From Hyphomonadaceae bacterium (GTDB lineage: Bacteria > Pseudomonadota > Alphaproteobacteria > Caulobacterales > Hyphomonadaceae), in assembly GCA_022844475.1 (NCBI GenBank), contig JALHLR010000004.1, positions 9,004-73,003 of the forward strand: a DNA stretch of 64,000 nt, given 5' to 3'. Positions within the stretch are counted from its first letter, which is position 1; every line of letters begins with the position of its first letter. The notes below the pieces were generated by a model, which saw nothing but the letters and a program-made list of their open reading frames with translations, was not told the origin of the DNA and ran no database searches. The position numbers were made by a program, and so were the translations under genes. Positions 27,013 through 37,260 of this stretch are shown piece by piece.

Positions 27013-27786
27013 CTACTCGGCCGATTGCAGCGAAGCTTTCGCTCTGTCGGGCTTGCGGTTTATCCCGTTGGCCCTGTCCCACGCACGACCTTCCTCGACC
27101 AGCCGGTCAGTGTTGATGCGGATAGCCTCACCCAGCCGCGCCACCATTTCGTCCTTTCCCAGACCCGGAGGGATCGGATCAAAAAACTCGATCACCGCCG
27201 GCCCCGGATACTTCGCGTAGTCCTGCTCCTGCCAGCGCAGCCCCAGGCTCGTTGCCACGGGCACAACCGGCCATTGCGACGTCTCCTGCATGTGCCACAC
27301 GCCCGCGCGGATGCGCTTGTGCTCACCGACCCTGGTGAGATGCCCCTCCGGATAGATCAGCACGATCCGTTCTTCTTCCGCCGCCTTCGCGAAACTCGCA
27401 GCCAGGTCCTTGCGCGCTTCGGGTCCGCCGCAATTGTCGATCACGATCGCGCCAAGCTTCTCCAGCACCTTCGGCACCAGCGGAAACCGCTCAAGGTGAT
27501 CGCCCGTCACGAACGCCACGTCGTCGAATTGCACATACATCAGGAAGCCGTCGCCATAGCTCGAGTGCTTTGGCGCCAGGATGAACGGAGCCGGCGGCAG
27601 CCGCTCGCGCCCGCGTACCTCTGGCTGAATGCCAACCATCTTCATCAACTGGACCATGCGCTTCGCGTAGCGCTTCACCGCCCAGCGCACGCCTTTGCGT
27701 CCCGGCACCAGCGCGAGCAACGCCGCCATCAGCACATAAAGAACAGAGATCCACCAGAACCCGATGGTGAAGACAAAGGCCCGCAT
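27013..27786 (-). CDS. Lysophospholipid / 1-acyl-sn-glycerol-3-phosphate acyltransferase (PlsC family)
   Basis: N-terminal TM segment, HX4D-type motif KHSSYGD and later IYPEGH motif. Confidence 0.75.
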   Translation of the reverse strand: MRAFVFTIGFWWISVLYVLMAALLALVPGRKGVRWAVKRYAKRMVQLMKMVGIQPEVRGRERLPPAPFILAPKHSSYGDGFLMYVQFDDVAFVTGDHLERFPLVPKVLEKLGAIVIDNCGGPEARKDLAASFAKAAEEERIVLIYPEGHLTRVGEHKRIRAGVWHMQETSQWPVVPVATSLGLRWQEQDYAKYPGPAVIEFFDPIPPGLGKDEMVARLGEAIRINTDRLVEEGRAWDRANGINRKPDRAKASLQSAE

Positions 27787-27843
27787 GCATCCCCCATGAG
27801 CTGGTTGCCCACCTCGTATCCCCCAACCGTCAGAACAAGGCCC

Positions 27844-28716
27844 TCAAGCCTCTGGCTTCAGCTTGTCCTGCGTCCTGAGCTCGAAATCGCTCGCGTCATG
27901 CCGCTCGTGCAGCTGGCTCTCCGGCGCCCCGAACGTACGATTGACCATCCGCCCGCGTTTCACTGCCGGACGCTCGGCGATCTGGTCCGTCCAGCGCACC
28001 ACGTTCTTGTACTCGTGGACTGAGAGGAACTCTCCCGCCTCATAGAGTATCCCCTTCACCAGCGCGCCATACCAGGGCCACACGGACATGTCCGCTATCG
28101 TGTACTGATCGCCGGCCAGATACGCCGTCTCCGCAAGCCGCCGATCAAGCACATCCAGTTGCCGCTTCACCTCCATCGCGTAGCGATCGATCGGGTACTC
28201 CCACTTCGCCGGGGCGTACGCATAGAAGTGCCCGAACCCACCACCGAGAAAGGGCGCAGATCCCATTTGCCAGAAAAGCCAGTTCAGCGTTTCCGTCCGG
28301 CTCGCCCGTTCCGTCGGCAGGAACGCTCCGAACTTCTCTGCGAGATAGACGAGTATCGATCCTGACTCGAAGACACGCACCGGCTTCGGCTCGCCATGAT
28401 CCACCATGACGGGAATCTTCGAATTCGGGTTGATGTCCACATACCCGCTCGAGAACTGCTCACCCTTGCCGATGTTTATCAGCCAGGCATCGTACTCGGC
28501 GCCCGCATGCCCAAGCACCAGCAGCTCTTCCAGCATCACCGTCACCTTCACGCCGTTGGGCGTCCCCAGTGAATAAAGCTGGATCGGGTGCTTTCCGACC
28601 TGCAGCGCCTTTTCATGCGTCGGCCCGGCAATGGGCCGGTTGATGTTGGCGAAGCGCCCCCCGCTCTCCTTGTTCCAGGTCCAGACCTTCGGCGGGGTGT
28701 AAGACGCGTCACTCAT
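27844..28716 (-). CDS. yghU: Nu-class glutathione S-transferase, YghU type
   Basis: Near-collinear with E. coli YghU as I recall it (KVWTW.K..GG.FANINRP..GPTHEK, LYSLGTPNG.KVT.MLEELL, HERHDASDFE). Confidence 0.85.
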   Translation of the reverse strand: MSDASYTPPKVWTWNKESGGRFANINRPIAGPTHEKALQVGKHPIQLYSLGTPNGVKVTVMLEELLVLGHAGAEYDAWLINIGKGEQFSSGYVDINPNSKIPVMVDHGEPKPVRVFESGSILVYLAEKFGAFLPTERASRTETLNWLFWQMGSAPFLGGGFGHFYAYAPAKWEYPIDRYAMEVKRQLDVLDRRLAETAYLAGDQYTIADMSVWPWYGALVKGILYEAGEFLSVHEYKNVVRWTDQIAERPAVKRGRMVNRTFGAPESQLHERHDASDFELRTQDKLKPEA

Positions 28717-28890
28717 TCCGGCGGGTCCTTCTGACAGATTGGACCAAGATGTGCGGCCATGCAGGCGCTGTTACAAGCATGAATCTGCCCCTGCGCGTGG
28801 CCGATCATCAAGGCCGCCTGACGCGAGGCACGAACCCAACTGACAACGCCCGGCAAACCCGCTAGCCTTTTCGCAACGGAGGAGATTCCC

Positions 28891-29322
28891 ATGCGCGTAG
28901 CCCTGGTTGCTGCCATCACCTTCCTCGCTGGCGCTGCGGGATGCACGCACGCGACGGCAACCTCGACACAATGGCTCGATGGCGTCACCTACGCCCCCAT
29001 CGGCAACGCAACCGGCATGAACGCAGCCTTTGTGCTTGGGTCGCCCAACCAGCCCGGCCTCTACACGATCCGCGTCCACATCACCGACGGCGCGCTGATG
29101 CCCCCGCACAGCCACCCGGACGACCGCATGATCACCGTTCTGTCCGGCGTGCTGCACTACGGCTTCGGCACGATCGCAGACCCCAAGGCGACGAAAGTCT
29201 ATCCGGCCGGCAGCGTCTTCGTCGCCAGGGCGAACGAACCTCACTACGCCATCGGCAAGGGCGAGGCTGTCTACCAGGAATCCGGCATGGCGCCGACCGG
29301 CACGAAGTGGATTGCAAACTAA
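28891..29322 (+). CDS. Secreted or periplasmic cupin-domain protein
   Basis: Signal/lipobox-like MRVALVAAITFLAGAAGC and cupin metal motif PPHSHPDD. Confidence 0.65.
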   Translation: MRVALVAAITFLAGAAGCTHATATSTQWLDGVTYAPIGNATGMNAAFVLGSPNQPGLYTIRVHITDGALMPPHSHPDDRMITVLSGVLHYGFGTIADPKATKVYPAGSVFVARANEPHYAIGKGEAVYQESGMAPTGTKWIAN

Positions 29323-29837
29323 CCTTGGCGCGCTTCGCGCAGTCCATATCTTGCAACTTCCAGATTATCTTCTCGAACCGCAAACAGGATGTCCGCCTCC
29401 GCAAACATGATGAGGCGGCCAACCATTTCGCCGTCACGACTGCAGTCAAACGAGAAGCCCACTGTCGCGACGTACGGCTTTGTCATTTCCATCCGCACAG
29501 GCCGAGACAGTCTCGCGGCCAAGGCCCATTGCACGTCGGGCTCCTGCACAATGCGCCACGCGGCACAAGTCTCGCGCCAGCTAACCGGCTCTTGATCAAG
29601 CAGATGTCCCGCGAAGAGCTCAAGGGCCGTCCCCTCTGCAATCCGGAGATCGCTGGCGCCGGCAGCGCCAACCGTCACGCAAAAGATCCTAGCTCCGCGC
29701 GGCCCGTAAAACTCGAACTCCAGATCGACTTCTTCTTTCGAGAACGTCGGCGGGAAGCCCGCCCGTCGGACCGAGCGCAAGGCACCCGCCTCGCACAAGG
29801 CTCGCGCACCCTCCCACGGATCCAGATCCACGCTCAC
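29319..29837 (-). CDS. Hypothetical protein (172 aa) coupled to the Atm1-type exporter
   Basis: GTG start 2 nt after the ABC gene stop. Moderate third-position GC. No family recognised. Confidence 0.45.
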   Translation of the reverse strand: MSVDLDPWEGARALCEAGALRSVRRAGFPPTFSKEEVDLEFEFYGPRGARIFCVTVGAAGASDLRIAEGTALELFAGHLLDQEPVSWRETCAAWRIVQEPDVQWALAARLSRPVRMEMTKPYVATVGFSFDCSRDGEMVGRLIMFAEADILFAVREDNLEVARYGLREARQG

Positions 29838-29839
29838 GT

Positions 29840-31690
29840 CTACGCAACCCGCTCCGCCACCATCGCATCAGCGTCCTCATGCGCCCGGGACTGCCGGCTC
29901 CACAGATCCGCATAGAGCCCGCCGCGATCGAGCAACTCGCGATGCGTCCCGCGCTCCACGATCTTGCCCGCTTCCAGCACGATGATCTCGTCTGCTCCCG
30001 CCACGGTCGATAGCCTGTGCGCGACCATCAGCGTCGTCCGCCCCTTGGCCGCCTCGTCCAGCGCACCCTGCACTTCCTGCTCGGTTGCTGAATCCAGTGC
30101 ACTCGTCGCCTCGTCCAGCACAAGGATCGCAGGGTTCTTCAGTATCGCGCGCGCAATGCCCACGCGCTGCCTTTCGCCGCCGGACAACTTCACGCCCCGC
30201 TCGCCAACCCGCGTCTCCCATCCGTTCGGCAACCGGTCGATGAACTCGATCAGCTGGGCCCGCGTCGCAGCCTCGCGCAGCTCCGCGTCGCTGGCGTCGG
30301 GCCGGCCATAAAGCACGTTTTCCTTCATCGACGCGTTGAAAAGCACCACGTCCTGGGGCACCAGCCCGATCGCGTCGCGCAGAGACTCCTGCTGCAGTCC
30401 ACGCACATCCTGTCCGTCCACCACCACGCGCCCACCCTGGGTGTCATAGAAACGGAACAGCAGCTTCAGCAGCGTCGACTTGCCCGAACCAGACGGACCG
30501 ACAACGGCAAGCTTGGTCCCGGCGGGCACGGTGAACGACACGCCATCGATTCCTGCCGAGCGGGCGTCATGCGTAAAGCTGACGCCCTCGAAGCGCACCT
30601 CACCGCCATTCACCACCAGCGGCTTCGCATCCAGCGCGTCCTGCACATCTGGCTTCATGTTCAGCAGGCCGTAAAGCTTCTCCAGATCGATCGCGCCTTG
30701 CTTGATCTCGCGGAAAGCCCAACCCAGCACTGACAATGGCCGATACAGATTGCTCATGATCAGCACCACAGCCGCCATGTCACCAGCCTGCACCTGGCCG
30801 TTGAACGTCGCGAGCGCCGTGATGCCCGCAACTGCGGTCAGGCCCAGCGCCATGATGATGTCCTGTCCCGCATTCAGCAGGGCCAGCGAACGCGACACAT
30901 CCACCATGTTCCGGTTGTAGGTGCGCATCGCCGCGTCGTAGCGCTCGGTCTCGCGCGTCTCCGCCGCAAACGCCTTCACCGTTTCGAAATTTGTCAGGCT
31001 GTCGACCGCCAGCGCCCGCAGCTCGGTATCAGCCGCGTTCAGCTTGCGCCGCTGTTCCGCGCGCCAGCCTGTCAGCACGCCGGTGAAGACTGCATACAAC
31101 GCCACCGTCACGACCGCGATCACCGCCGCAATCCAACTGTACCGCGTGGTCAGAACATAAGCAGCAAGCGCCAGCTCGATCAGCGTCGGCCCGATGTTGA
31201 AGGCGAGAAATCGGATCAGGTAGTCAAGCGCCGCAACACCCCGGTCGATCACACGGTTCAGCGCCCCCGTCCGCCGCGTCTGGTGGAATGCCAGCGACAG
31301 CCCCTGTGCATGCCCATAAGCCTCCACCGCCACCAGTCGCTGAGCATCCTGGCTCACCGGCGCGAAAATTGCGTCCCGCAGATAAGGCAGGTTCGCCGAC
31401 AGCAGGCGCGCGCCCGTCCACCAGCCCAGGAGCAGGATCACCGCAGCCATCGCCGCATCCGGCCCGGTCATCTCATTGATGGCGTCGCCGAAGAACACCG
31501 GCGCGTAAACCGCGAACACCTTCGAGGCCAGCGTCAGCACAAGCGCCAGCACCATCACCGGCCGCCATCGCTTCAACTCCGGCCGCGACATGATCTTGCC
31601 GATCCGGGCTAGCGAGACCCCTATTCCCGCATCACCCGACTCGATCGCGTCGACGTCGGTGGGCGAAGCACTGTGAGCATGTCTGGCCAT
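29840..31690 (-). CDS. ABC half-transporter, ATM1/HMT1 type (permease + ATPase)
   Basis: Six-TM N-terminal domain, Walker A GPSGSGKST, signature LSGGERQR, Walker B ILVLDEATS and C-terminal GGLYADLWSRQ typical of Atm1-like exporters. Confidence 0.85.
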   Translation of the reverse strand: MARHAHSASPTDVDAIESGDAGIGVSLARIGKIMSRPELKRWRPVMVLALVLTLASKVFAVYAPVFFGDAINEMTGPDAAMAAVILLLGWWTGARLLSANLPYLRDAIFAPVSQDAQRLVAVEAYGHAQGLSLAFHQTRRTGALNRVIDRGVAALDYLIRFLAFNIGPTLIELALAAYVLTTRYSWIAAVIAVVTVALYAVFTGVLTGWRAEQRRKLNAADTELRALAVDSLTNFETVKAFAAETRETERYDAAMRTYNRNMVDVSRSLALLNAGQDIIMALGLTAVAGITALATFNGQVQAGDMAAVVLIMSNLYRPLSVLGWAFREIKQGAIDLEKLYGLLNMKPDVQDALDAKPLVVNGGEVRFEGVSFTHDARSAGIDGVSFTVPAGTKLAVVGPSGSGKSTLLKLLFRFYDTQGGRVVVDGQDVRGLQQESLRDAIGLVPQDVVLFNASMKENVLYGRPDASDAELREAATRAQLIEFIDRLPNGWETRVGERGVKLSGGERQRVGIARAILKNPAILVLDEATSALDSATEQEVQGALDEAAKGRTTLMVAHRLSTVAGADEIIVLEAGKIVERGTHRELLDRGGLYADLWSRQSRAHEDADAMVAERVA

Positions 31691-31853
31691 GGGCAGACAG
31701 ATAGGCGCGGCCTACCGGAAACGCCATAGTTCCCGCACCGCCCTCCTGGCGCCGCTCTGTCAGCATAGTGCCCGTAAAAGGCCGCAGCGACCCCGGCTTT
31801 CCCCCCGCCGCGAACCGTCGCATCTATGGTCCCGAAGAAAAGCGAGAAGAAGA

Positions 31854-32414
31854 ATGTCCGGAATTTCGTCCGTCACTGTCTATTGTGGGTCCGCACCGGG
31901 GTCAGACCCCAGCTACATCAAGCTCGCCCAGAAGCTGGGCAAGGCCATCGCTGCGCGCGGTTGGCGTACGGTCTATGGCGGGGGCAATGTCGGGCTGATG
32001 GGGGCCGTTGCCACCTCCGCGCGCGACGCGGGGGGCCAGGTCCTTGGCGTGATGCCCCATTTCCTGCGCGAACTCGAAGGCGTGCTTGACGGCATCGAGA
32101 ACCGCTACACGGACAACATGCACCAGCGGAAGCAGGCTCTCCTCGACGAAGCTGATGGCCTCATCGTGCTGCCCGGCGGCATCGGCACGCTCGAAGAAGC
32201 CGTCGAAACGCTGTCGTGGGCGAAGCTGTCGCTGCACAACAAGCCCATGGCGTTCCTATCGGAGAACAACTACTGGCGTCCCTACTTCACGCTTGTCGAT
32301 CACATGATCGGAGGCGGCTTTCTTCCGGAAAGCTTCCGCCAGCTTATGGCCGACACTTCTTCGCCCGAGGCTGCGCTCGAAGCCCTCCACCAGCGCGCCA
32401 TCGTTCTGGGTTGA
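31854..32414 (+). CDS. LOG-family protein (TIGR00730; nucleotide 5'-monophosphate nucleosidase / cytokinin riboside phosphoribohydrolase type)
   Basis: VYCGS, GGGNVGLMG and PGGIGTLEE motifs. Start at MSGISSV (ATG 31854). Confidence 0.85.
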   Translation: MSGISSVTVYCGSAPGSDPSYIKLAQKLGKAIAARGWRTVYGGGNVGLMGAVATSARDAGGQVLGVMPHFLRELEGVLDGIENRYTDNMHQRKQALLDEADGLIVLPGGIGTLEEAVETLSWAKLSLHNKPMAFLSENNYWRPYFTLVDHMIGGGFLPESFRQLMADTSSPEAALEALHQRAIVLG

Positions 32415-32429
32415 GCGCTCGCGCGGCTG

Positions 32430-33089
32430 TCACGCCGCCGTCGCACTCCCGTCGATGATCTGGCGGATGGCCTGCTCGAACACACGGGGCGGCTGGCCGC
32501 CCTGGATCATCCAGCGTTGGTTGAAAATCACCGACGGCACGGCATTGATACCGCGGTTGCGCCAGACTTGCTCCTCAGCGCGAACCTCTTCGCTGAAGCC
32601 GCCGGACGCCAGAATTTCGCGCGCCTCGGCTTCGTCGAGACCGGCAGCCTTCGCGGCGCCCGCAAGAACGTCATGGTCACTGGTGGATCTCTGCCCGGTG
32701 AAGTTTGCAGCGAACAGCGCCTCTTTCAACTCGAGTTGCCTCCCCTCGATGCCGGCCCAGTAAAGGAGCCGGTGGGCATCGAACGTGTTCCAGATCCGGC
32801 TCTCCGAACTATAGTTGAAATCGAAGCCCAGCGCTTCGCCATGCTCACGTATCGCGTTGCGCGACGCAGCCGAGCGCTCCGGGTTCGCCCCATATTTGCG
32901 CGCAACATGCTGCGCCGTGTTCTCGCCTTCCGGCGGCATGTCCGGGTTCAGCTCGAAGGGCTGGAAATGGATCTCCGCCTCGACCTTGTCACCCACGGCG
33001 TCCAGCGCCTTCATGAGCGACCGCAGACCGACGACGCACCACGGGCAGGCGACGTCCGAGACGAAGTCGATGCGCAGCGGCATAGGCAT
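32430..33089 (-). CDS. DsbA-family oxidoreductase (FrnE/HCCA-isomerase-like)
   Basis: IDFVSDVACPWCVVG active-site motif. Start at MPMPLRI. Confidence 0.8.
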   Translation of the reverse strand: MPMPLRIDFVSDVACPWCVVGLRSLMKALDAVGDKVEAEIHFQPFELNPDMPPEGENTAQHVARKYGANPERSAASRNAIREHGEALGFDFNYSSESRIWNTFDAHRLLYWAGIEGRQLELKEALFAANFTGQRSTSDHDVLAGAAKAAGLDEAEAREILASGGFSEEVRAEEQVWRNRGINAVPSVIFNQRWMIQGGQPPRVFEQAIRQIIDGSATAA

Positions 33090-33177
33090 GGGGGGTCTCC
33101 TTTGCCCCAATGTAGTGCCGTCCGCGCCCTTGCGCCACCATCGCTGGAGGCGCGATAGTTGGGCCCGGAGAGAACTC

Positions 33178-34128
33178 ATGGCCACGCGCGCATTCGACAC
33201 CAGGCTGGAAACCATCGGACAGGTGCTGGCGGGCCCATGGCGCGCACCGGTCAACATGCTGCTCGAGCAGAGCTACGACAATCACGTCTCGCTGCACGAC
33301 GATGCAATGGCTCAGAAGCTCGGCTTCAAGGCGGGCCCGATCGAGGGGCCGACGCACTACAGCCAGTTTATTCCCTTGGCTGAAGCCATTTGGGGCGAGC
33401 GATTCCTGACCGAGGGCTGTCTCTCCGCGCACTACCGCAACATGGTGATGGAGGGCGAGGAGGTCCGCGCCTTCATCGAGCGGGAGCCCGGCGAGGATCA
33501 CGCGACGATCTGGGCCAGCAAGAAGGACGGAACCGAAGTGCTGCGCGGCACCGCGTCCGTCGGCTCCCATGCTCCTCCGACTGCGCTGGACCTGCGCCTG
33601 AACGAACTCACGCCGCTGCAGCAGCCCGTGATCCTCCGCGACCTCAAGGTCGGTCATCGCACCGGCCGCACCCCTATACGGATGGATCCGGACCAGCATA
33701 TGGGTGACCTCTACCCCTTCTCGCTGAACCAGAAGCTCGCAAAGATCACCGAGCCGTCACCCTGGTATTCAGCCGCGGACAATCCCTGGGGCCGGCCGAT
33801 CGTCCCGTGGGAAATGGTGAGTGTGCTCGTGCAGTACGTCGCGCGTGAGGATCGCTTGCCCGTCAAGGGACCGGCCGTTGGCCTGTTTGCAGATCAGGAA
33901 ATCCGCATGATCGATGGCCCGCTGTTCGTGGGCGAGGATTACGAGATCGAGCGCGAGATTGTCGCCCTCAGCGGAAGCCGGCGGACCGAATCCTACTGGA
34001 CGCGGACCTGGGTCTACCGGCCGGGCGGATCGACGGTGATCGCGACCATGCTGCTCAACCAGGCGACGCTCAAGGAATCCTACACGCCGTATGCGAAGGA
34101 ATTTGGCGAGCTGTACCCCGAGGCGTGA
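33178..34128 (+). CDS. Hypothetical protein, possibly double hotdog fold
   Basis: 316 aa from MATRAFD. Good coding character. The fold suggestion is only an impression from two repeated halves. Confidence 0.45.
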   Translation: MATRAFDTRLETIGQVLAGPWRAPVNMLLEQSYDNHVSLHDDAMAQKLGFKAGPIEGPTHYSQFIPLAEAIWGERFLTEGCLSAHYRNMVMEGEEVRAFIEREPGEDHATIWASKKDGTEVLRGTASVGSHAPPTALDLRLNELTPLQQPVILRDLKVGHRTGRTPIRMDPDQHMGDLYPFSLNQKLAKITEPSPWYSAADNPWGRPIVPWEMVSVLVQYVAREDRLPVKGPAVGLFADQEIRMIDGPLFVGEDYEIEREIVALSGSRRTESYWTRTWVYRPGGSTVIATMLLNQATLKESYTPYAKEFGELYPEA

Positions 34129-34397
34129 TCACCCTCATCGGCGACGCTGAGCACGAAAGTCTTGCCGCAAAGGCATAACTTAAGGGCATTCGCCGGCCAG
34201 GCGAAAACGCCTGATGTAAAAATGCTTCATCAGCAGTCCGTTTCTGTAATCGGCGTTTCGCGGCTCATTCACGGAATTGACGCGATAACGGCATCGTGAA
34301 GGAAGTGTTAACGCCTCTCTCTACTGCTGTGGAGGGTCAGAGCCGCAGCACGATCGCGGCAGGGAAGAGAGGGGCCACACAGACCAAGGAGTGAAAC

Positions 34398-37241
34398 GTG
34401 CACAGACCCCATCTGAAGGCTTTACTACTCAGTTCGAGCTTACTTGGCTTGATGGCGGTTGCTACCTCCGCACCGGCCAGCGCCCAGACGGCCGCGCAGG
34501 AAGACACTGACGTCGTCATCGTGACGGGCACGCGCATCGCGCGCGAAGGTTATGTCTCCTCAAGCCCGATAACCACCGTTGACTCGGAGGAACTGGCACT
34601 CAAGCAGCCGGTCGATGTGGAAGAAGTTCTCCGCGCGATGCCGCAATTCCTGCCAGGCAATGGCGGGCAGGTGAACAACGGATCGGCCGGCGCCTCCACC
34701 CTCGACCTGCGCGGTCTCTCGACGCCGCGCACACTGCCGCTCATCGACGGCAAGCGGATGGTCGGCTTCGATCCGAACGGACTGTTCGACGTGACTGCAG
34801 TTCCGGTGTCGCTCCTAGAACGTGTGGATGTGGTCACCGGCGGCGCGTCCGCCGTTTACGGTTCTGACGCCGTCGCAGGCGTCGTGAACTTCATCCTCAA
34901 CGACGACTTCCAGGGCGCCCAGCTCGACTCTTCCTACTCCATCACCGAATCCGGCGATGGCAAGATCGTGAACGTACAGGGCACGGTCGGCGCTGGCTTC
35001 GACGATGGCCGCGGCAACGTGGTGCTGTCGGTGGGCTACGCCAACAAGGAACCCGTGTACCAGACGCGTCCGCCGGGCTCGTCCACACCGGGCGCTTCAT
35101 CGACGACAGATCCGGCAGCAATCGATTCCGCCGTCGGCGGCCGTACGCAGTTCAATGCGACGGGCAACCTGGTTCCGTTCTACCTGGGGTTCGACTTCAA
35201 CCCGCAGAACCTCTACCAGACCCCGCAGGAACGCTGGCAGGGCCTCGCACTCGCCAAATACCAGATCAACGACAGCGTCGAGGCATACTCACGCTTCATC
35301 TATTCCGGTTCAACCTCCGCGCCTCAGCTGGCGTCTTCGGGCACCTTCGGCTTCTCCTTCGAGGTTCCGCTGACGAACCCCTTCCTGACGCCGCAGGCTT
35401 CCGCCTACCTCGCCGCCAACAACCCAGTTGCGGCGTGCTCGGTTGCTGCTGCGGGGCAGTGCGTCGACGTCGGCATCCGCTGGCGCGCCGTTCCGGTTGG
35501 CCCGCGCCAGTACAACTTCCAGTACGACACATTCCAGGGCCTCGTCGGCTTCCGCGGCGAAGTCATGGGATGGGACTGGGATATTGCCGCAGCTCATGGC
35601 GAGACCAGTCTGCAACGCCAGCAGAACAATGACATCGACTCAGGTAAGTTCCAGCAGGCGCTGTTTGCTGCGAACACCACGACCTGTATCGATCCGGCAA
35701 ACCTCTGCTCGCCGATCAACATCTTCAATCCGGGAACTCCCGTCACGTCGGGCGCCGCGCAGTTCGTTTCGCTGAACTTGCAAGTGCAGTCGTTGACGAC
35801 CCAGGACTATGTGCAGGCAACGATCAGCCGCGACCTCGGCGCCTTCAAGTCGCCCTACGCGCAAAACCCGATCGCTGTTTCTCTCGGCCTGGAATACCGC
35901 GACGAGTCTTCGGACTACCGGCCGGACGCGGCATCGCAATCCGGCGTCTCCCCCGGCTTCGGTCAGACACTGCCCACCAAGGGCCGCTATGACGTCTCAG
36001 AAGTCTTCGGCGAGGCAATTATCCCAGTCGTCGAAGACATGCCGTTCGCGAAGGCCATCAATGTGGAAGTCGGCTACCGTTCGTCCGACTATTCAACATC
36101 GGGCTCGGTCGAGAGCTACAAGTACGGTGCTGACTGGGCGCCTGTCGACGGCCTCCGGTTCCGCAGCATGTTCCAGCGCGCCGTTCGCGCTGCGAATATC
36201 GCGGAATTGTTCAGCCCGGTGACGCCTGGAACCGGCGACCTGCTGGTTGATCCGTGCGCCAACGGCACGGCGGGAACACCGCTCACCGGCCCCCTGCGGG
36301 CGCTCTGCATCGCGACGGGCGTTCCTGCCGCGGCGATGGCCAATGCAACGCTGGCCCAGCCGACCTCGGGTCAGGTGAACTCGTTCTTCGGCGGCAATCC
36401 AAACCTGACGCCTGAAGAAGCCGATACGGTGACGTTTGGCGTCGTCTGGCAACCAGATTTCGTCCCAGGCCTCGGCTTGACGATCGACTACTATGACATC
36501 GAAATCGCCAACGCGATCTCGGTCCGCCCGAACTACGACATCGTCGATGGCTGCTACAACATCTCCCGCAACGCCAGCCTCACAGCCTCCGATGCGGATT
36601 GCCAGCTCATCGCTCGCAATACGACCAACGGCACGATCGAAGGCGACCTGATCTTTGGTATCCAGCAGGTCACCCAGAACATCGGCCAGGTTCACGCTGA
36701 AGGCATCGACTACTCGGCGCGCTATGACTGGGACCTCGGCACGTACGGCAGCCTCGAGTTTGCGCTCGATGGCACGCACGTCCTCGACTCCAGCTACGTT
36801 CCGGCTGCTGGCGGCGCGACCGTCGAATGCGTGGGTCGCTACGGCAAACAGTGCGGCCTGCCTTCGACCGTTTCCGGCTCGACCGGAGGCCCGACGCCTG
36901 AGAACCGGTTCATGCAACGCACGACCTGGAGCTTCGGCGACTTCGACGCCTCGCTCATCTGGCGCTACCTGTCGGGTTCGGAAGTCGACGCCACCCAGGC
37001 GGCTGACACAGACCCGGTCTCGGCTTCGATCGACGACTTCAACTACATCGATCTGGCTGGCTCGTGGCAGATCACGGATTGGGCGAAGCTTCGCCTGTCC
37101 GTCTCGAACGTGATGGACGAAGAGGCTCCGTTCGTAGTTACCGAAACGGGCTCGACCCCGTTCAACTCCGGCAACACCTATCCGTCCACGTATGACGTGC
37201 TCGGCCGGGTTTTCACCGTCGGCATCACCACGAAGTTCTAG
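34398..37241 (+). CDS. TonB-dependent receptor
   Basis: AAGGAG before the GTG. Signal peptide ...APASAQ, plug motif VVIVTGTRI, long beta-barrel, C-terminal ...VGITTKF. Confidence 0.9.
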   Translation: MHRPHLKALLLSSSLLGLMAVATSAPASAQTAAQEDTDVVIVTGTRIAREGYVSSSPITTVDSEELALKQPVDVEEVLRAMPQFLPGNGGQVNNGSAGASTLDLRGLSTPRTLPLIDGKRMVGFDPNGLFDVTAVPVSLLERVDVVTGGASAVYGSDAVAGVVNFILNDDFQGAQLDSSYSITESGDGKIVNVQGTVGAGFDDGRGNVVLSVGYANKEPVYQTRPPGSSTPGASSTTDPAAIDSAVGGRTQFNATGNLVPFYLGFDFNPQNLYQTPQERWQGLALAKYQINDSVEAYSRFIYSGSTSAPQLASSGTFGFSFEVPLTNPFLTPQASAYLAANNPVAACSVAAAGQCVDVGIRWRAVPVGPRQYNFQYDTFQGLVGFRGEVMGWDWDIAAAHGETSLQRQQNNDIDSGKFQQALFAANTTTCIDPANLCSPINIFNPGTPVTSGAAQFVSLNLQVQSLTTQDYVQATISRDLGAFKSPYAQNPIAVSLGLEYRDESSDYRPDAASQSGVSPGFGQTLPTKGRYDVSEVFGEAIIPVVEDMPFAKAINVEVGYRSSDYSTSGSVESYKYGADWAPVDGLRFRSMFQRAVRAANIAELFSPVTPGTGDLLVDPCANGTAGTPLTGPLRALCIATGVPAAAMANATLAQPTSGQVNSFFGGNPNLTPEEADTVTFGVVWQPDFVPGLGLTIDYYDIEIANAISVRPNYDIVDGCYNISRNASLTASDADCQLIARNTTNGTIEGDLIFGIQQVTQNIGQVHAEGIDYSARYDWDLGTYGSLEFALDGTHVLDSSYVPAAGGATVECVGRYGKQCGLPSTVSGSTGGPTPENRFMQRTTWSFGDFDASLIWRYLSGSEVDATQAADTDPVSASIDDFNYIDLAGSWQITDWAKLRLSVSNVMDEEAPFVVTETGSTPFNSGNTYPSTYDVLGRVFTVGITTKF

Positions 37242-37260
37242 TCGTCAGACACGGCAAGAC

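Noticed and set aside
34337-34537. 66-aa minus-strand ORF overlapping the TonB-dependent receptor start.
   Set aside because: It overlaps the receptor's signal-peptide coding region and the structured leader. The hydrophobic translation is the mirror of the signal peptide. It is an artefact.
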